From contig JANQHR010000052.1 in NCBI GenBank assembly GCA_028282585.1, positions 24,363-88,362 of the forward strand: a stretch of DNA of 64,000 nt. The letters run 5' to 3'. The notes beneath the pieces are model-generated. The model saw nothing but the letters and a program-made list of their open reading frames with translations, was not told where the DNA came from and did no database searches. Positions 1 to 10,331 of this stretch are shown here, piece by piece. Source of the DNA: Bacteroidales bacterium (GTDB lineage: Bacteria; Bacteroidota; Bacteroidia; Bacteroidales; UBA12077). Made by a program: the position numbers and the translations under genes. The first letter of the stretch is position 1; every line of letters starts with the position of its first letter.

Positions 1-89
1 CCTCAATTTCGTTTATCCTACTTTTTGTAATATTTAATATCTCCGACACTTACTTTAAAGTTTCTGCAGCTAACGATTTACTATTTTCA

Positions 90-536
90 ATGACTTATTT
101 GGGTATTGTATTTATATTTTGGACATCACTTCGAATTAAAAATGTCGTTCTTAAAGTTCCCGTAATTATAACTCTGGCAATATTAATATTATCAGTCGCA
201 TTACTAGGAATTACAGGGCTGTTCGGCATAACTTACAATGAATATTATGCATCTAAGTTCGAATATGACAAAACATATAATACCTATGAAGGATACTCGA
301 TACAATTGACCAAATTAGGTCATGCTTTGGAACCAGATGGAATACAAATTCATGTATTTAAAGACATTGAAATTATTCCGATTAAGAAGAAAGTTTACGA
401 AGAAAAAGACTATAGCTTTTATGGAGATTTGGAAGATGTCTTCTTTTCAGTAAGTGATAATATTATAAAATTAGAATATCGAAATGATAAAGGCGAATAT
501 ATATTTGAAAAGGAAATAATGATAAACAGCAACTAA
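90..536 (+). CDS. hypothetical membrane protein
   Basis: 148-aa ORF with two N-terminal hydrophobic helices (LGIVFIFWTSL; VIITLAILILSVALLGITGLFGI). No catalytic motif recognised. Confidence 0.4.
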   Translation: MTYLGIVFIFWTSLRIKNVVLKVPVIITLAILILSVALLGITGLFGITYNEYYASKFEYDKTYNTYEGYSIQLTKLGHALEPDGIQIHVFKDIEIIPIKKKVYEEKDYSFYGDLEDVFFSVSDNIIKLEYRNDKGEYIFEKEIMINSN

Positions 537-564
537 CATCAGTTGTGGTTAATACAAAACAGAG

Positions 565-1176
565 ATGCTTAAGGAAACATTTTTAAAATTGATGAGTAAG
601 TATACAAACCAAGAAGATTATATTTTTTATTGTTGGGATGAGATTTTTAAAAGTTATTCATCAGAATCAAGGCATTATCATAACCTGATTCATATTAACA
701 ATATGATATCTGAATTGGACCATGTAATATCTGAAGTAAAAGAGAAAGATTCGTTGCTATTTTCAATTTATTACCATGATATTATCTACAACACATCTAA
801 TTCTGATAATGAATATAAGAGTGCAATGTTATTTAAGAAAAGAATTGCCCGAACAGATTTTCAATATATTGAAAAATGTATGAAACAAATTGAACAAACT
901 AGTGAACATAAATTGTCGGAGGATAATGATATAAATATTCTTTTGGATTTAGACCTTTCAATATTAGGCAAGAATAGGTTAGATTACCAAGAATATTGTC
1001 AAAACATAAGAAAAGAATATAATATGTATTCTGACCTTGAGTATAGAAATGGAAGGAAAAAAGTACTGATCAGGTTACTGGATTTATCTTCAATTTATAA
1101 AACAGATTATTTTAGTTCAAAGTATGAGAAGAATGCAAGAATAAACCTTGCTCTTGAACTTAAATCTTTAGACTAA
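565..1176 (+). CDS. HD-superfamily predicted metal-dependent phosphohydrolase
   Basis: RHYHNLIHI followed by YYHDIIY matches the His ... His-Asp ligand pattern of small HD-domain proteins. Confidence 0.5.
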   Translation: MLKETFLKLMSKYTNQEDYIFYCWDEIFKSYSSESRHYHNLIHINNMISELDHVISEVKEKDSLLFSIYYHDIIYNTSNSDNEYKSAMLFKKRIARTDFQYIEKCMKQIEQTSEHKLSEDNDINILLDLDLSILGKNRLDYQEYCQNIRKEYNMYSDLEYRNGRKKVLIRLLDLSSIYKTDYFSSKYEKNARINLALELKSLD

Positions 1177-1288
1177 TGGGGTTTTGGAATAAAATACTCA
1201 GAAAAGTAAAGCCTAACAGGAAATATATAATATTAAATTTGTGAAAAAGATAAATTACTACACAACGTTCAATTTAAAATATAAAAGT

Positions 1289-2443
1289 ATGATTTCGAAA
1301 AATGAAATTCTTAAAGTCCTTTTATACTTCACGCTATTAACTACTGGATGTGAAACTACAAAAAACAGCCATAGTGATAACTCCATACAAGCTGTTATTA
1401 AAGAGTTTGAATCAGGAATTGAAAAGGATATTAAAGACGATGGTATTAATGGAAGTATTTCAACTGCCATTGTAAGGAAAAATGAAATAATCTGGTCTAA
1501 AGCATTTGGAATTGCAGATATTGAGAAAAATATTCCTGCTGATACAAATACTATTTATCGGACAGCATCAATTTCTAAGCCTTTTACAGCATTTCTTATG
1601 ATGCAACTCTACCAAAAAGGCATTATTGATATAGACGAACCTATAGAGAAATATTTACCCGAGATTAGAAATATAAAAGGATATTCAGAATCCACTAAAA
1701 TTACCTTCCGGCAAGTCGCCAGCCATACGTCAGGACTTCAGCGAGAACCTGATATGAAAGGGGCTGACGAAGGTCCTATTGAAGAATGGGAAGAAAAGAT
1801 TCTTGAAGCAATACCGTTAACATCATTTAAAGCAAAGCCCGGAGAGCATCACAGCTATTCCAATATTGGATATGGTATAATGGGTTTAGCATTATCCAGG
1901 GCTGCATCTAAATCCTTTTTGAAACTGGTTAAGGATGAAATTTTCATACCACTTGGAATGGATAACAGTTTTTTTATAGTTCCGGACAGCTTATATCCTA
2001 AGTTAGCTAAAGGGATTGATGGAGGACCCATTGGGAAATTAAGTTTTGAAAGACCTTTACGGGGACATAGTGGCAGAGGATATAAAGTACCAAACGGTGG
2101 TATCTATTCAACTCCCAATGATTTAGGTAAATTTATGATTTGCAACATGGGATTTTGTGACCTGCTTGAAAAGGAAAATCTTGAATTAATGCAGACGGCT
2201 ACTAAACCAATCGAAGAAACATGGAATAGAGGTTTGGGATTTACACTTTATCAAGATGATATTTTAAACACAGTAGAACATGATGGTTTTATTTCAGGCT
2301 ATACAGCCTATTTTGTTTTTGATAAGAAACATCAATACGGTGTAATTATTATGCGTAACTATAATTTTGGATCAACTGATCATTTAGAATTAACTGCAAA
2401 AGTTTTACTGCGAAAATTAATTAATGCTGAAAACAAAAACTGA
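1289..2443 (+). CDS. beta-lactamase-family serine hydrolase (lipoprotein)
   Basis: SxxK motif (ASISKPF) and a YSN-type second motif (HHSYSNIGY). Lipoprotein-like signal LLYFTLLTTGC. The ORF track starts at GTG 1241; ATG 1289 gives a normal signal peptide. Confidence 0.8.
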   Translation: MISKNEILKVLLYFTLLTTGCETTKNSHSDNSIQAVIKEFESGIEKDIKDDGINGSISTAIVRKNEIIWSKAFGIADIEKNIPADTNTIYRTASISKPFTAFLMMQLYQKGIIDIDEPIEKYLPEIRNIKGYSESTKITFRQVASHTSGLQREPDMKGADEGPIEEWEEKILEAIPLTSFKAKPGEHHSYSNIGYGIMGLALSRAASKSFLKLVKDEIFIPLGMDNSFFIVPDSLYPKLAKGIDGGPIGKLSFERPLRGHSGRGYKVPNGGIYSTPNDLGKFMICNMGFCDLLEKENLELMQTATKPIEETWNRGLGFTLYQDDILNTVEHDGFISGYTAYFVFDKKHQYGVIIMRNYNFGSTDHLELTAKVLLRKLINAENKN

Positions 2444-2543
2444 ATACAACAAAGCGTATATGTTCATTTCGGGGAACCATATAGACAAGGTCATTATGCT
2501 GTATGTTAAAAGAACCTATTAATCTGCATTAAAGAAAAGCATT

Positions 2544-4067
2544 ATGAAAAAAGTGAACTTCGCTATTTTATCAATTATAATTTCTGGATTACTATTTGGG
2601 TGTAATAAAAATCCAACAGCCAATCAATACAAAACTCAATATAAAGTTAATTATGTAACAATAGATGGTTTGTGGAAATGCACTTCTGAAACTAACTTAA
2701 AACTTAAAGATTTAACAATAGAACCAGTTATCTATATATCAGGAGAAATCGCAAATAAATTATCAGTGGAAGGATGTTTTACTTGGGATGGGCAATTTCG
2801 TGATTATTGGTATCTTGAAAAAATAGTTTACAATGACAAAACCAATGAAATCAAAATTCAGGATAAAGAGGGTAATATGTATATTGGAGTATTTGACAAA
2901 AAAAAACAAAGAATTAATGGAATGGTATATTCACAGGATGAAGATAAGTTAGTTCCTGAAGATAAACTCGATTTCATTAGAGCTTCTGACCTAAATTTAG
3001 AACGTTTATTTATACCCCGAAAACCTCATGAAGATGGGAGTATTCAATATAGTTATCAGATACCCGATCACAAAAATGACGAACTGCAAACATCTTCAAT
3101 ATTTAATTATTGTAACGACACTTCTGCACTATACAATTTAATGAATGAGATTATCAGACAAGAATTTGGTCGACTTGAATCTTTTTTAATAATGAAAGAT
3201 CAAAAACTGATTCTTGAAGAATATTTCTTTAATTATTCGAGTTCTGACATGCATAATATTTTTTCATGCACAAAGAGTATTGTTTCTTTAGCAGCCGGAG
3301 TTGCTTTCAAAAAACTAGAAAATTTAAATACTGAAAGATCTATTTTTGATATTTTTCCAGAATTCGATTCTTTAAAAAACAATGCAAACCAAGACATCAC
3401 TTTAAAGCATATACTAACAATGACTGCAGGTTTTGATGAAGGCAATGAGTACAAAAATTTAAAACCAAATGAAGTTGTAGCCAACATTCTTAAATCACCT
3501 TTAATATCAAAACCTGGAGAAAAATTTAGCTACAACAGTGAATGCCCTTACCTCTTGGGAGGGTTTATTTATGAAATGTCTGGGAAAAACATAGAAGAAT
3601 TTACCAAAGAAAACATATTTAATCCATTGGGAATTAAAAATTACAATTGGAAGAGTTTAAATAATAATCCTGATTGTGCAAGTAATCTGTATATGCAATC
3701 GCGAGATATGATAAAAATCGGATCACTGACTTTAAACAATGGAAAATGGAAAGAACAACAGATTGTTCCCGCAGAATGGATAAGCGAATCTATCCAGCCT
3801 CAGATTGCTGAAAGTGATTTTTTTGATTACGGTTACCAGTGGTGGTGTAGGTCGAAATCAAATAAGCCCTGGTGGAAAGAACCCTCGGAAAATTCAAAAG
3901 AACATGATATGTTTCTTGCGTTGGGTTATGGCGGACAGTACATTTTTATCGTTAAGGACCTGAATCTTATAATATCAATGACTTCATCAGATTATAATGA
4001 AGGAAATGGAATGGCTTTTAAGAAAATACCACTGGTTATTGAAAAAATTGTTCCATTATTTGAATAA
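2544..4067 (+). CDS. beta-lactamase-family serine hydrolase with about 200-aa N-terminal extra domain (lipoprotein)
   Basis: Signal ending LLFGC. SxxK motif in FSCTKSIVSLAAG within the C-terminal 300 aa. Confidence 0.75.
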   Translation: MKKVNFAILSIIISGLLFGCNKNPTANQYKTQYKVNYVTIDGLWKCTSETNLKLKDLTIEPVIYISGEIANKLSVEGCFTWDGQFRDYWYLEKIVYNDKTNEIKIQDKEGNMYIGVFDKKKQRINGMVYSQDEDKLVPEDKLDFIRASDLNLERLFIPRKPHEDGSIQYSYQIPDHKNDELQTSSIFNYCNDTSALYNLMNEIIRQEFGRLESFLIMKDQKLILEEYFFNYSSSDMHNIFSCTKSIVSLAAGVAFKKLENLNTERSIFDIFPEFDSLKNNANQDITLKHILTMTAGFDEGNEYKNLKPNEVVANILKSPLISKPGEKFSYNSECPYLLGGFIYEMSGKNIEEFTKENIFNPLGIKNYNWKSLNNNPDCASNLYMQSRDMIKIGSLTLNNGKWKEQQIVPAEWISESIQPQIAESDFFDYGYQWWCRSKSNKPWWKEPSENSKEHDMFLALGYGGQYIFIVKDLNLIISMTSSDYNEGNGMAFKKIPLVIEKIVPLFE

Positions 4068-4537
4068 AACTTTGCCTAAAATTTTATAAGTAATAGCTGG
4101 GATATTTTGAATATTGCGGTTTGCTGTCCTTTCAAGCTAGTTGGTTTGAAAGAAAAGAATCCATAAGCTGCCACTTCTCATATAATTTACTTTGGCTTAT
4201 TGTTCAAAGTATGCAAGAAGTAACTAGAACTATAGCTAACAGCAAATTGATAAAAATAGAAGTTTCGAATAAAAAGTATAAATTGCAAAATATAAAACAA
4301 CTTGGTAATTTGTTTTTTATGGTTATTCAGGATTTAAGATTACGAGTTCATTCATTGAAAATATGTTCTGGTAGGCAGATGATTTGATGATTGAATTAGC
4401 GATTAAGTTCAATAGTAAATTAACTGATATTCAAGGATTTAACATAATAGGTGATTTTATGATTGAAGTAATGATTACACATCCATAGAGGCGACCAATA
4501 ATAAAAGCAATAATAATAATGGTAAAAAAAACAGAAT

Positions 4538-5509
4538 ATGAATAGAATTTTAATAGTATTTGTAATTATGAACATATTAATGTTCTTAAATTCGTGTAGT
4601 CAAGAAGAAAATGGGCCTGCTGACGAAACAAAAGAATGGATTAGAAATTCTGCAAATCCTGTTTTCCACGATTACATTTCAGAAGAAAATTATGAAGTTG
4701 CTAGTGATGCACACGTCTTCTTTGACGAATATGATTCCTTAAAAATGATATATACTGGTGGTGCAAACGGGAAAGCTTCAATAAAATTAGCCATTGGCAG
4801 TTCATGGGATAATTGGACAAAAGGTAGCTCATTGCTTTACCAGCCAGGTCCATCAGGACTGGACATTTATAAAGAAACTGGTTTTTACAGAAAATCTTCG
4901 AATGGGAAACATCAAATTTATTATATCGGATACGATGATGAAAATACTTATGAATCACAAATATACCTTGCCGAGGCAGATGCTTTAAGAGGGCCTTATA
5001 CGCAGTTTGAACAGCCTTTGATTTCCAGGGGAATAATAGCAGGAAAAAATGTTTATTGTATGACCAGTCCCAGTGTGATTGAACATCATGGCTTATTATA
5101 CATGACATTTATAGGTTGGAATGATTCACCGGAAAATGTTACGAATGTATGGATGATAGGTGCAATATCATCTGATGAAGGGCATAACTGGTCAGATTTT
5201 CAAATAGTTGATGCCAGAATTATGATGGAAGGGCAAGTAACAAAAGCCCCTGACAATACCTTTATTGCAGTTAGAACAGGTGATTATGAAAACACTGAAG
5301 CAATATATTATGCAACTTCAACTCATCCATTCGGACCCTGGACAGAAGAGGAAGAACCAATTTTGATTCAGGCAGGGGCTCCATATGAAAAGGATGAATG
5401 CATCGCGCCGCAAATTACTATTGATCCTCTAACAAATAAACAGTATTTATTTTACACCGGGGCCGATCATCAAGTTGGATGGTGGATTATGCTTGCTGAA
5501 AAGAAATAA
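4538..5509 (+). CDS. lipoprotein, possible beta-propeller glycoside-hydrolase-like protein
   Basis: Signal MFLNSC. Repeated Trp/Gly/Asp-rich blade-like segments. Family assignment is tentative. Confidence 0.3.
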   Translation: MNRILIVFVIMNILMFLNSCSQEENGPADETKEWIRNSANPVFHDYISEENYEVASDAHVFFDEYDSLKMIYTGGANGKASIKLAIGSSWDNWTKGSSLLYQPGPSGLDIYKETGFYRKSSNGKHQIYYIGYDDENTYESQIYLAEADALRGPYTQFEQPLISRGIIAGKNVYCMTSPSVIEHHGLLYMTFIGWNDSPENVTNVWMIGAISSDEGHNWSDFQIVDARIMMEGQVTKAPDNTFIAVRTGDYENTEAIYYATSTHPFGPWTEEEEPILIQAGAPYEKDECIAPQITIDPLTNKQYLFYTGADHQVGWWIMLAEKK

Positions 5510-5639
5510 ATAGCGGTTTCGCGCTAAGTATTGTAATAATATTTGCTTTGCAACGGATAATGATTATGCATAGAGTGAAAACTTCCAAACTTTACTTAAA
5601 TGTGTACCGTTGCGATTTGGCAACAACACGATTTATAGA

Positions 5640-6239
5640 ATGAATTATAAAAGCGCTGCTGAAAGAATAATTGCCCTGAGAAATACAGACATAGAGTTTA
5701 GGGAAAGACTTGTTCAAAATAAACGAATTGGAGAAGGCTACAATGAAGAAATGAAAAAATTGCACAACAGAAATGCAAGAATATTAAATCACATAATTGA
5801 CACCATCGGTTATCCAACCATTGACAAAGTAGGTAAAGAAGCCAGCGAAGCAGCGTGGATGATCATACAACATTCAATCGAACAGCCTGATTTTATGAAA
5901 AAGTGTGTAAAACTATTGGAAAGGGCAGTTAGCGAAAATAAAGCAGAAGCAAGAAGTTTAGCTTACTTGACAGACCGAATAGCGACATTGGAAGGAAAAC
6001 CACAACTTTATGGAACTCAATTTGATTGGGACGAAAACAAAAAATTAAGTCCAAAACTCTTTGATAACTTAGCCAAAGTAAATCAAAGAAGAAAATCTAT
6101 CGGGCTTAAAACACTTGAAGAACAAACCGCAATTATAAGAAGACAAGCTGAAAATGAAAGTCAATTTCCACCAACAGACTTTGTAAAAAGAAAACAGGAG
6201 ATTGACGAATGGAGAAAAAAAGTAGGTTGGATAAAATAA
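5640..6239 (+). CDS. hypothetical protein
   Basis: Long ORF (track start is TTG 5610; first ATG is 5640). No motif recognised. Confidence 0.4.
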   Translation: MNYKSAAERIIALRNTDIEFRERLVQNKRIGEGYNEEMKKLHNRNARILNHIIDTIGYPTIDKVGKEASEAAWMIIQHSIEQPDFMKKCVKLLERAVSENKAEARSLAYLTDRIATLEGKPQLYGTQFDWDENKKLSPKLFDNLAKVNQRRKSIGLKTLEEQTAIIRRQAENESQFPPTDFVKRKQEIDEWRKKVGWIK

Positions 6240-6290
6240 GCTGATTTAGTGTCAACTTATTTCAGGACGAGACACTAGATAAAATAAAAA

Positions 6291-6316
6291 GGCTTGTAAA
6301 TCTACAAGCCTTTTTC
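6291..6316. terminator. bidirectional rho-independent terminator
   Basis: Stem ggcttgta / tacaagcc with a 4-nt loop. It is flanked by an A-run upstream and a T-run downstream, between convergent genes. Confidence 0.6.
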
Positions 6317-6337
6317 TCTTAAAATATCTTAATTCAA

Positions 6338-6784
6338 TTAATCAGCTTCTTCTTTTATACCAAACATTATAGCTACGCAACCGCTAACCAGTTCTTCGGA
6401 TTCTCCTTCACTATTTTTTACTCGTAATGAAATTATAAGTTGTTGACTTGATTGTAAATTAAAATCCCAGACTCTTGAATAATCATCTTTTCTGTTATCG
6501 TACAAAACATTTCTATTTACATCAAGCACCTGAAATTCAATCTCCGGAAGCGCATCTGAACCACAAATATATATTCTGTAGTTTTGCCCGGCATAAAATG
6601 TTTTATATAACTCTGCATCCTCACCTTCAGTCAAAATAGCAGCATTGTAGTTACCATCATGTATATATGGTGTTAATTCTAATTTACAAACCTTTTTAGC
6701 AAAACTCTTCCATTGCGAATTACCATAAAAAGGTATTAGAGCCAAAACAGTTAATACAATTAATATCTGGTATATTTTTTTCAT
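6338..6784 (-). CDS. hypothetical secreted protein
   Basis: N-terminal signal peptide (MKKIYQILIVLTVLALIPFYG). Forms a tight pair with the upstream lipoprotein gene. Confidence 0.5.
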   Translation of the reverse strand: MKKIYQILIVLTVLALIPFYGNSQWKSFAKKVCKLELTPYIHDGNYNAAILTEGEDAELYKTFYAGQNYRIYICGSDALPEIEFQVLDVNRNVLYDNRKDDYSRVWDFNLQSSQQLIISLRVKNSEGESEELVSGCVAIMFGIKEEAD

Positions 6785-6797
6785 AACAGAGGATATT

Positions 6798-7730
6798 TTA
6801 TAGTATATAATTACTTCGTATTACCTTAACTTTTTCTTTTAATTCATTATAAGTCTCCGGACTCATAGAAATAGTTGTTTCAGATTTTAGAGTTGTTACT
6901 TTAGTTTCTTCATCTGTAACTGGCTCAATCTTGGAAGTTGTAATCTCGATCTTCTCAAAAATTTTCTTAAGCTCATTAACATCAGTCATTACAGCTTGAA
7001 CATCTTCATTGTCAGAATTCTCATCTAATAAGCTCATAACTGTATTAAGAGTTAATTTTTGATCGATTATCCTATTAATCAACTCATTGTTATTAAAATC
7101 AGCATCGGCTCCAACAAGATTAGTTGCAATGTATAATCCTTCTATCCAACCTCCTACTAAAACAATTGTTGACAAAGCCTGCCTGTCATTTTCTTCAAAA
7201 AATGAGCTTGAATTCATAATAGTTTCTGAAATGATGTCCATTATAACATCCCGGTTATTAATATTAGCTTCTAACCTTTCAATTATATCTTCATCAATAG
7301 CATTAAGAATACCAAGACCTTCCGCCATTTTCTTAGCTGCATTCATATAACTAATTGTAGCCTGTGTTTGATCAAATAAACTGGCATAACTTAAATCTGT
7401 AGTATAAATTCCTAGATTTAATGCCATGCTTTTATTGGTAACATATCTTGAAACATTATCGGTAGGGTTTAGAAGCTCTTCGTTATATTTTGCACCAGCT
7501 TGCTTCAAAATCATTGCAGTCTCAAGAGGTGACGGCAAAGAGTAAAAGATCTCTTTTACAGTTTTTACGTCCTGAATTAATTGTTCATCAATTTCTAATG
7601 AATCGATTGTAACTAAATCATCTGAATCTTTATCTTTCTTTTTATCTGAAGCACAACCTGTTATTATTCCGAAGGCAATAATAACTGCTAAAAAATATAA
7701 AGCTCTACGATGTAATAATTTAATATTCAT
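6798..7730 (-). CDS. hypothetical lipoprotein
   Basis: ATG at 7730 gives MNIKLLHRRALYFLAVIIAFGIITGC, a lipobox. The track start at 7817 is GTG with an implausibly long leader. Confidence 0.5.
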   Translation of the reverse strand: MNIKLLHRRALYFLAVIIAFGIITGCASDKKKDKDSDDLVTIDSLEIDEQLIQDVKTVKEIFYSLPSPLETAMILKQAGAKYNEELLNPTDNVSRYVTNKSMALNLGIYTTDLSYASLFDQTQATISYMNAAKKMAEGLGILNAIDEDIIERLEANINNRDVIMDIISETIMNSSSFFEENDRQALSTIVLVGGWIEGLYIATNLVGADADFNNNELINRIIDQKLTLNTVMSLLDENSDNEDVQAVMTDVNELKKIFEKIEITTSKIEPVTDEETKVTTLKSETTISMSPETYNELKEKVKVIRSNYIL

Positions 7731-7998
7731 AATTAGCTGTCTATTAATTGTTACCAGTATATCACAATTTGTAGTAAAATTAACACTTTTTTTTAAAAAA
7801 CAAAATTTCGATTTCACGCTAATACCTGAAACTACAAGATTTTGTACGATTAACTTTCCTATTTTGTTTTAAAAAACCGAGTATTTTTCAGAACTAATAT
7901 AGAAAATAATAATTTTAATAACCAATAATTAAGCAGAATTATTCTAATTTTGTTTCGGTTAATTATGCACTGGAAATAAGTATAAATCATTTTAAATA

Positions 7999-8511
7999 AT
8001 GAATAATAAGGAAGTTATAAAGCATCTAAAATCAGGAAATCAATCGCTGATTTTAGAAACTTTAAGGTATATCGAAACAGAAGGAAATAAAGAAATATTA
8101 GCCGAAGTTATAAATCTTTTGCAACAAACTACCGATACTATAATTCGGGATGAGATCGTAAAAATTCTTGAAAATTTAAACAACCAGGATTGCGTAACCG
8201 TACTAACCCAATCTCTTTTAAATGCTGATTATAAAGATATTATATCTCTACTTGTTTCCGCTTGTTGGAAAAACGGACTGGATTACAGCGAATCGGTTGA
8301 AGTATTTACGGATATATTTATTAAGTCTGATTTTCAGCTTGCATTTGATGCTTTTACCGTTATTGATAATTTGGAAGAAATTGACAGCATTATTGCAGAA
8401 GCTTGTATTTTTAGGTTAAAGAATGCAATTGAGGATATTCAGGATGATAAAAAGCCTTTATATTTTGAGCTTTTAAAAATAATTGAAGAAAAAAAAGAAA
8501 ATCCCGCTTAA
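7999..8511 (+). CDS. hypothetical helical-repeat protein
   Basis: 170-aa ORF with Leu-rich repeated helices. No catalytic motif. Confidence 0.4.
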   Translation: MNNKEVIKHLKSGNQSLILETLRYIETEGNKEILAEVINLLQQTTDTIIRDEIVKILENLNNQDCVTVLTQSLLNADYKDIISLLVSACWKNGLDYSESVEVFTDIFIKSDFQLAFDAFTVIDNLEEIDSIIAEACIFRLKNAIEDIQDDKKPLYFELLKIIEEKKENPA

Positions 8512-8523
8512 GCGGGATTTTTA
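8497..8523. terminator. bidirectional rho-independent terminator
   Basis: atcccgc-ttaa-gcgggat hairpin flanked by A-run and T-run. It lies between convergent genes and overlaps the stop codon at 8509-8511. Confidence 0.7.
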
Positions 8524-9492
8524 TTATTGGACACTGGAGAAATATTTCATGAATTGCGATCTCTCGTAAACTAAAGGATCATCTATTTTTGAATAACTCA
8601 TTTTTCCTTTAAACTCATAGATATTTTCAAATCCTTGTTTATTCATCCATTCTTCAACTTCTTTTAATATTTTTTCAATTTGATCTATTCCATTCTTGTA
8701 TAATGTTGAACAAACCTGAACAGCATTTGCACCGGCTAATATTTGTTTAACAACCGCTTTACCGTCATGAACTCCCGTTGATGCTGCAATGTCTAAATTT
8801 GCTATTTTAGAAGAAATTATTCCAACCCAACGAAGCGAATTTCTTATATCTGCTGGCGAACTAAAAACTTCGGCTGATGTGAATTTTAAATTATCTATGT
8901 CAATATCGGAAGCATAAAATCTATTAAATAAAACTACTCCAGGAACATTTAATTTTTGTATAAAACCCACAAGGTTTGAAAAGTGCGAGCCTAATTTGAA
9001 TGCATAAGGAATCTTGATTGTACTTTTTAATTTTGCTGCCAAATCAAAATAGATATTTTCATATTGCTCAGCGCTTGCATTTCTATCATTTGGTAATACA
9101 AAAACATTAATTTCTATAGCATCCGCACCAGCTTCTTCAATACTCTTTGCAAATCCTACCCACTCTTTTGCTGAAACACAATTTATACTTGCTATAATAG
9201 GAATTTTAACCTCGCTTTTAGCTTGCTTAATTAATTCAAGGTATTCCTGAATCGTATTTTGCTTTACATAATGATTAACATAGTCCCACGCCTCAGGTGA
9301 ATCTGATCCGTTTGCTATATTTCCGGCCTCATATCTAATTTGTTCTTCGAAAATTGATTTCAGTACTATTGCACCAGCGCCTTTTTCTTCAATTTTCTTA
9401 ATTTTTTCGACAGAACTTGTTAAACCTGAACTAGCTACAATCAGAGGATTTTTAAGCTTTATCCCCAAATAAGTAGTTTCTAATTGACTCAT
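8524..9492 (-). CDS. dihydroorotate dehydrogenase-like (DHOD/DHPD class 1 TIM-barrel) protein
   Basis: KNPLIVASSGLT, GADAIEINVF, IIASINC and STGVHDGKAVVKQILAGANAVQV are typical of the class 1 DHOD/PreA fold. Confidence 0.7.
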   Translation of the reverse strand: MSQLETTYLGIKLKNPLIVASSGLTSSVEKIKKIEEKGAGAIVLKSIFEEQIRYEAGNIANGSDSPEAWDYVNHYVKQNTIQEYLELIKQAKSEVKIPIIASINCVSAKEWVGFAKSIEEAGADAIEINVFVLPNDRNASAEQYENIYFDLAAKLKSTIKIPYAFKLGSHFSNLVGFIQKLNVPGVVLFNRFYASDIDIDNLKFTSAEVFSSPADIRNSLRWVGIISSKIANLDIAASTGVHDGKAVVKQILAGANAVQVCSTLYKNGIDQIEKILKEVEEWMNKQGFENIYEFKGKMSYSKIDDPLVYERSQFMKYFSSVQ

Positions 9493-9520
9493 AATGTTTA
9501 TATATTTAATTGTTTATTTT

Positions 9521-10192
9521 TTAATAATTACGTGCTCCAAATAGCAAACTTCCAATCCTAACCATTGTTGCTCCTTCTTCTATTGCTATTTTATAATCTC
9601 CAGACATTCCCATAGAGATTTCCTTAAAACTTTCTTTTTTTACAAAAATTGTATTTTTTAACTCATTAAAGATATGAACTAATTCTTTAAATTCAGCACG
9701 AATAGTATCCTCATTTTCTGTAAAAGTAGCCATACCCATTACTCCACAAATATTTACATACTCCAAACTTCTGAATTCTTCTGTATCCAGAAACTTAATT
9801 ACTTCTATTAAGTCTAAACCAAACTTTGTTTCTTCCTTAGCAATATGAAATTGTAATAAACAATCTATTTTCCTATTATTCTTCTCTCCTTCCTTATTTA
9901 TTACTTTCAATAGTTTAAAACTATCAACTCCATGAATTAAAGCAACAAACGGTGCTATGTATTTCACTTTATTGCTTTGCATATGGCCAATCATATGCCA
10001 TTCAATGTCTTTTGGCAACTGCTCATATTTTGAAGCTAGATCCTGTACTTTATTTTCACCAAATATCTTATGACCAGATTGATATGCCTCAAGAATAGTT
10101 TCGACCGGCTTAGTTTTTGAAACTGCAATTAATTTTACATTTTCTGGAATTTCTGTTTTTAAGAATTGCTTTATGTTGTCGGAAACACCCAT
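9521..10192 (-). CDS. yggS: YggS-family pyridoxal-phosphate homeostasis protein
   Basis: LIAVSKTKP (PLP lysine), HMIGHMQSNK, SMGMSGDY and VRIGSLLFG motifs. Length is 223 aa. Confidence 0.85.
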   Translation of the reverse strand: MGVSDNIKQFLKTEIPENVKLIAVSKTKPVETILEAYQSGHKIFGENKVQDLASKYEQLPKDIEWHMIGHMQSNKVKYIAPFVALIHGVDSFKLLKVINKEGEKNNRKIDCLLQFHIAKEETKFGLDLIEVIKFLDTEEFRSLEYVNICGVMGMATFTENEDTIRAEFKELVHIFNELKNTIFVKKESFKEISMGMSGDYKIAIEEGATMVRIGSLLFGARNY

Positions 10193-10278
10193 TAATTAAC
10201 CATATTTAACTTAATGAGCCTCAAAAGTAATAAAAAAGTAGTTGTCTTAAAAAGATAATTATCAGGTTTGTTTAATAT

Positions 10279-10306
10279 AAAAAAGAGGGATAATTAATCC
10301 CTCTTT
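10279..10306 (-). terminator. rho-independent terminator after DUF1015 gene
   Basis: agaggga-taattaa-tccctct hairpin, followed by a T-run on the minus strand. Confidence 0.6.
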
Positions 10307-10331
10307 CATATAGTTATAATCAACTGTTGAA

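Noticed and set aside
4121-4387. 88-aa ORF in the 470-bp spacer between the serine hydrolase and the lipoprotein gene.
   Set aside because: It starts with TTG, has no motif or signal, and its composition looks like non-coding AT-rich sequence. The spacer is more likely a promoter region or decayed DNA.
4379-4478. Stuttered atgatt words (gatgatttgatgattgaat ... gtgattttatgattgaagtaatgattac) that recall the cassette 1 flanks.
   Set aside because: Both word tracts are in the same orientation, so no stem can form. No four-helix-bundle remnant could be read between them. They may be simple low-complexity sequence.
4701-5108. Many 60-135-aa ORFs in the track lie antisense to, or out of frame within, larger genes. 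Examples are 1258-1470, 3233-3487, 4701-5108, 12141-12503, 36584-36952, 46553-47053 and 54721-55011.
   Set aside because: They sit entirely inside long ORFs with clear family motifs. Their composition is low-complexity and skewed, as expected for shadow frames of AT-rich coding DNA. None carries a recognisable motif.
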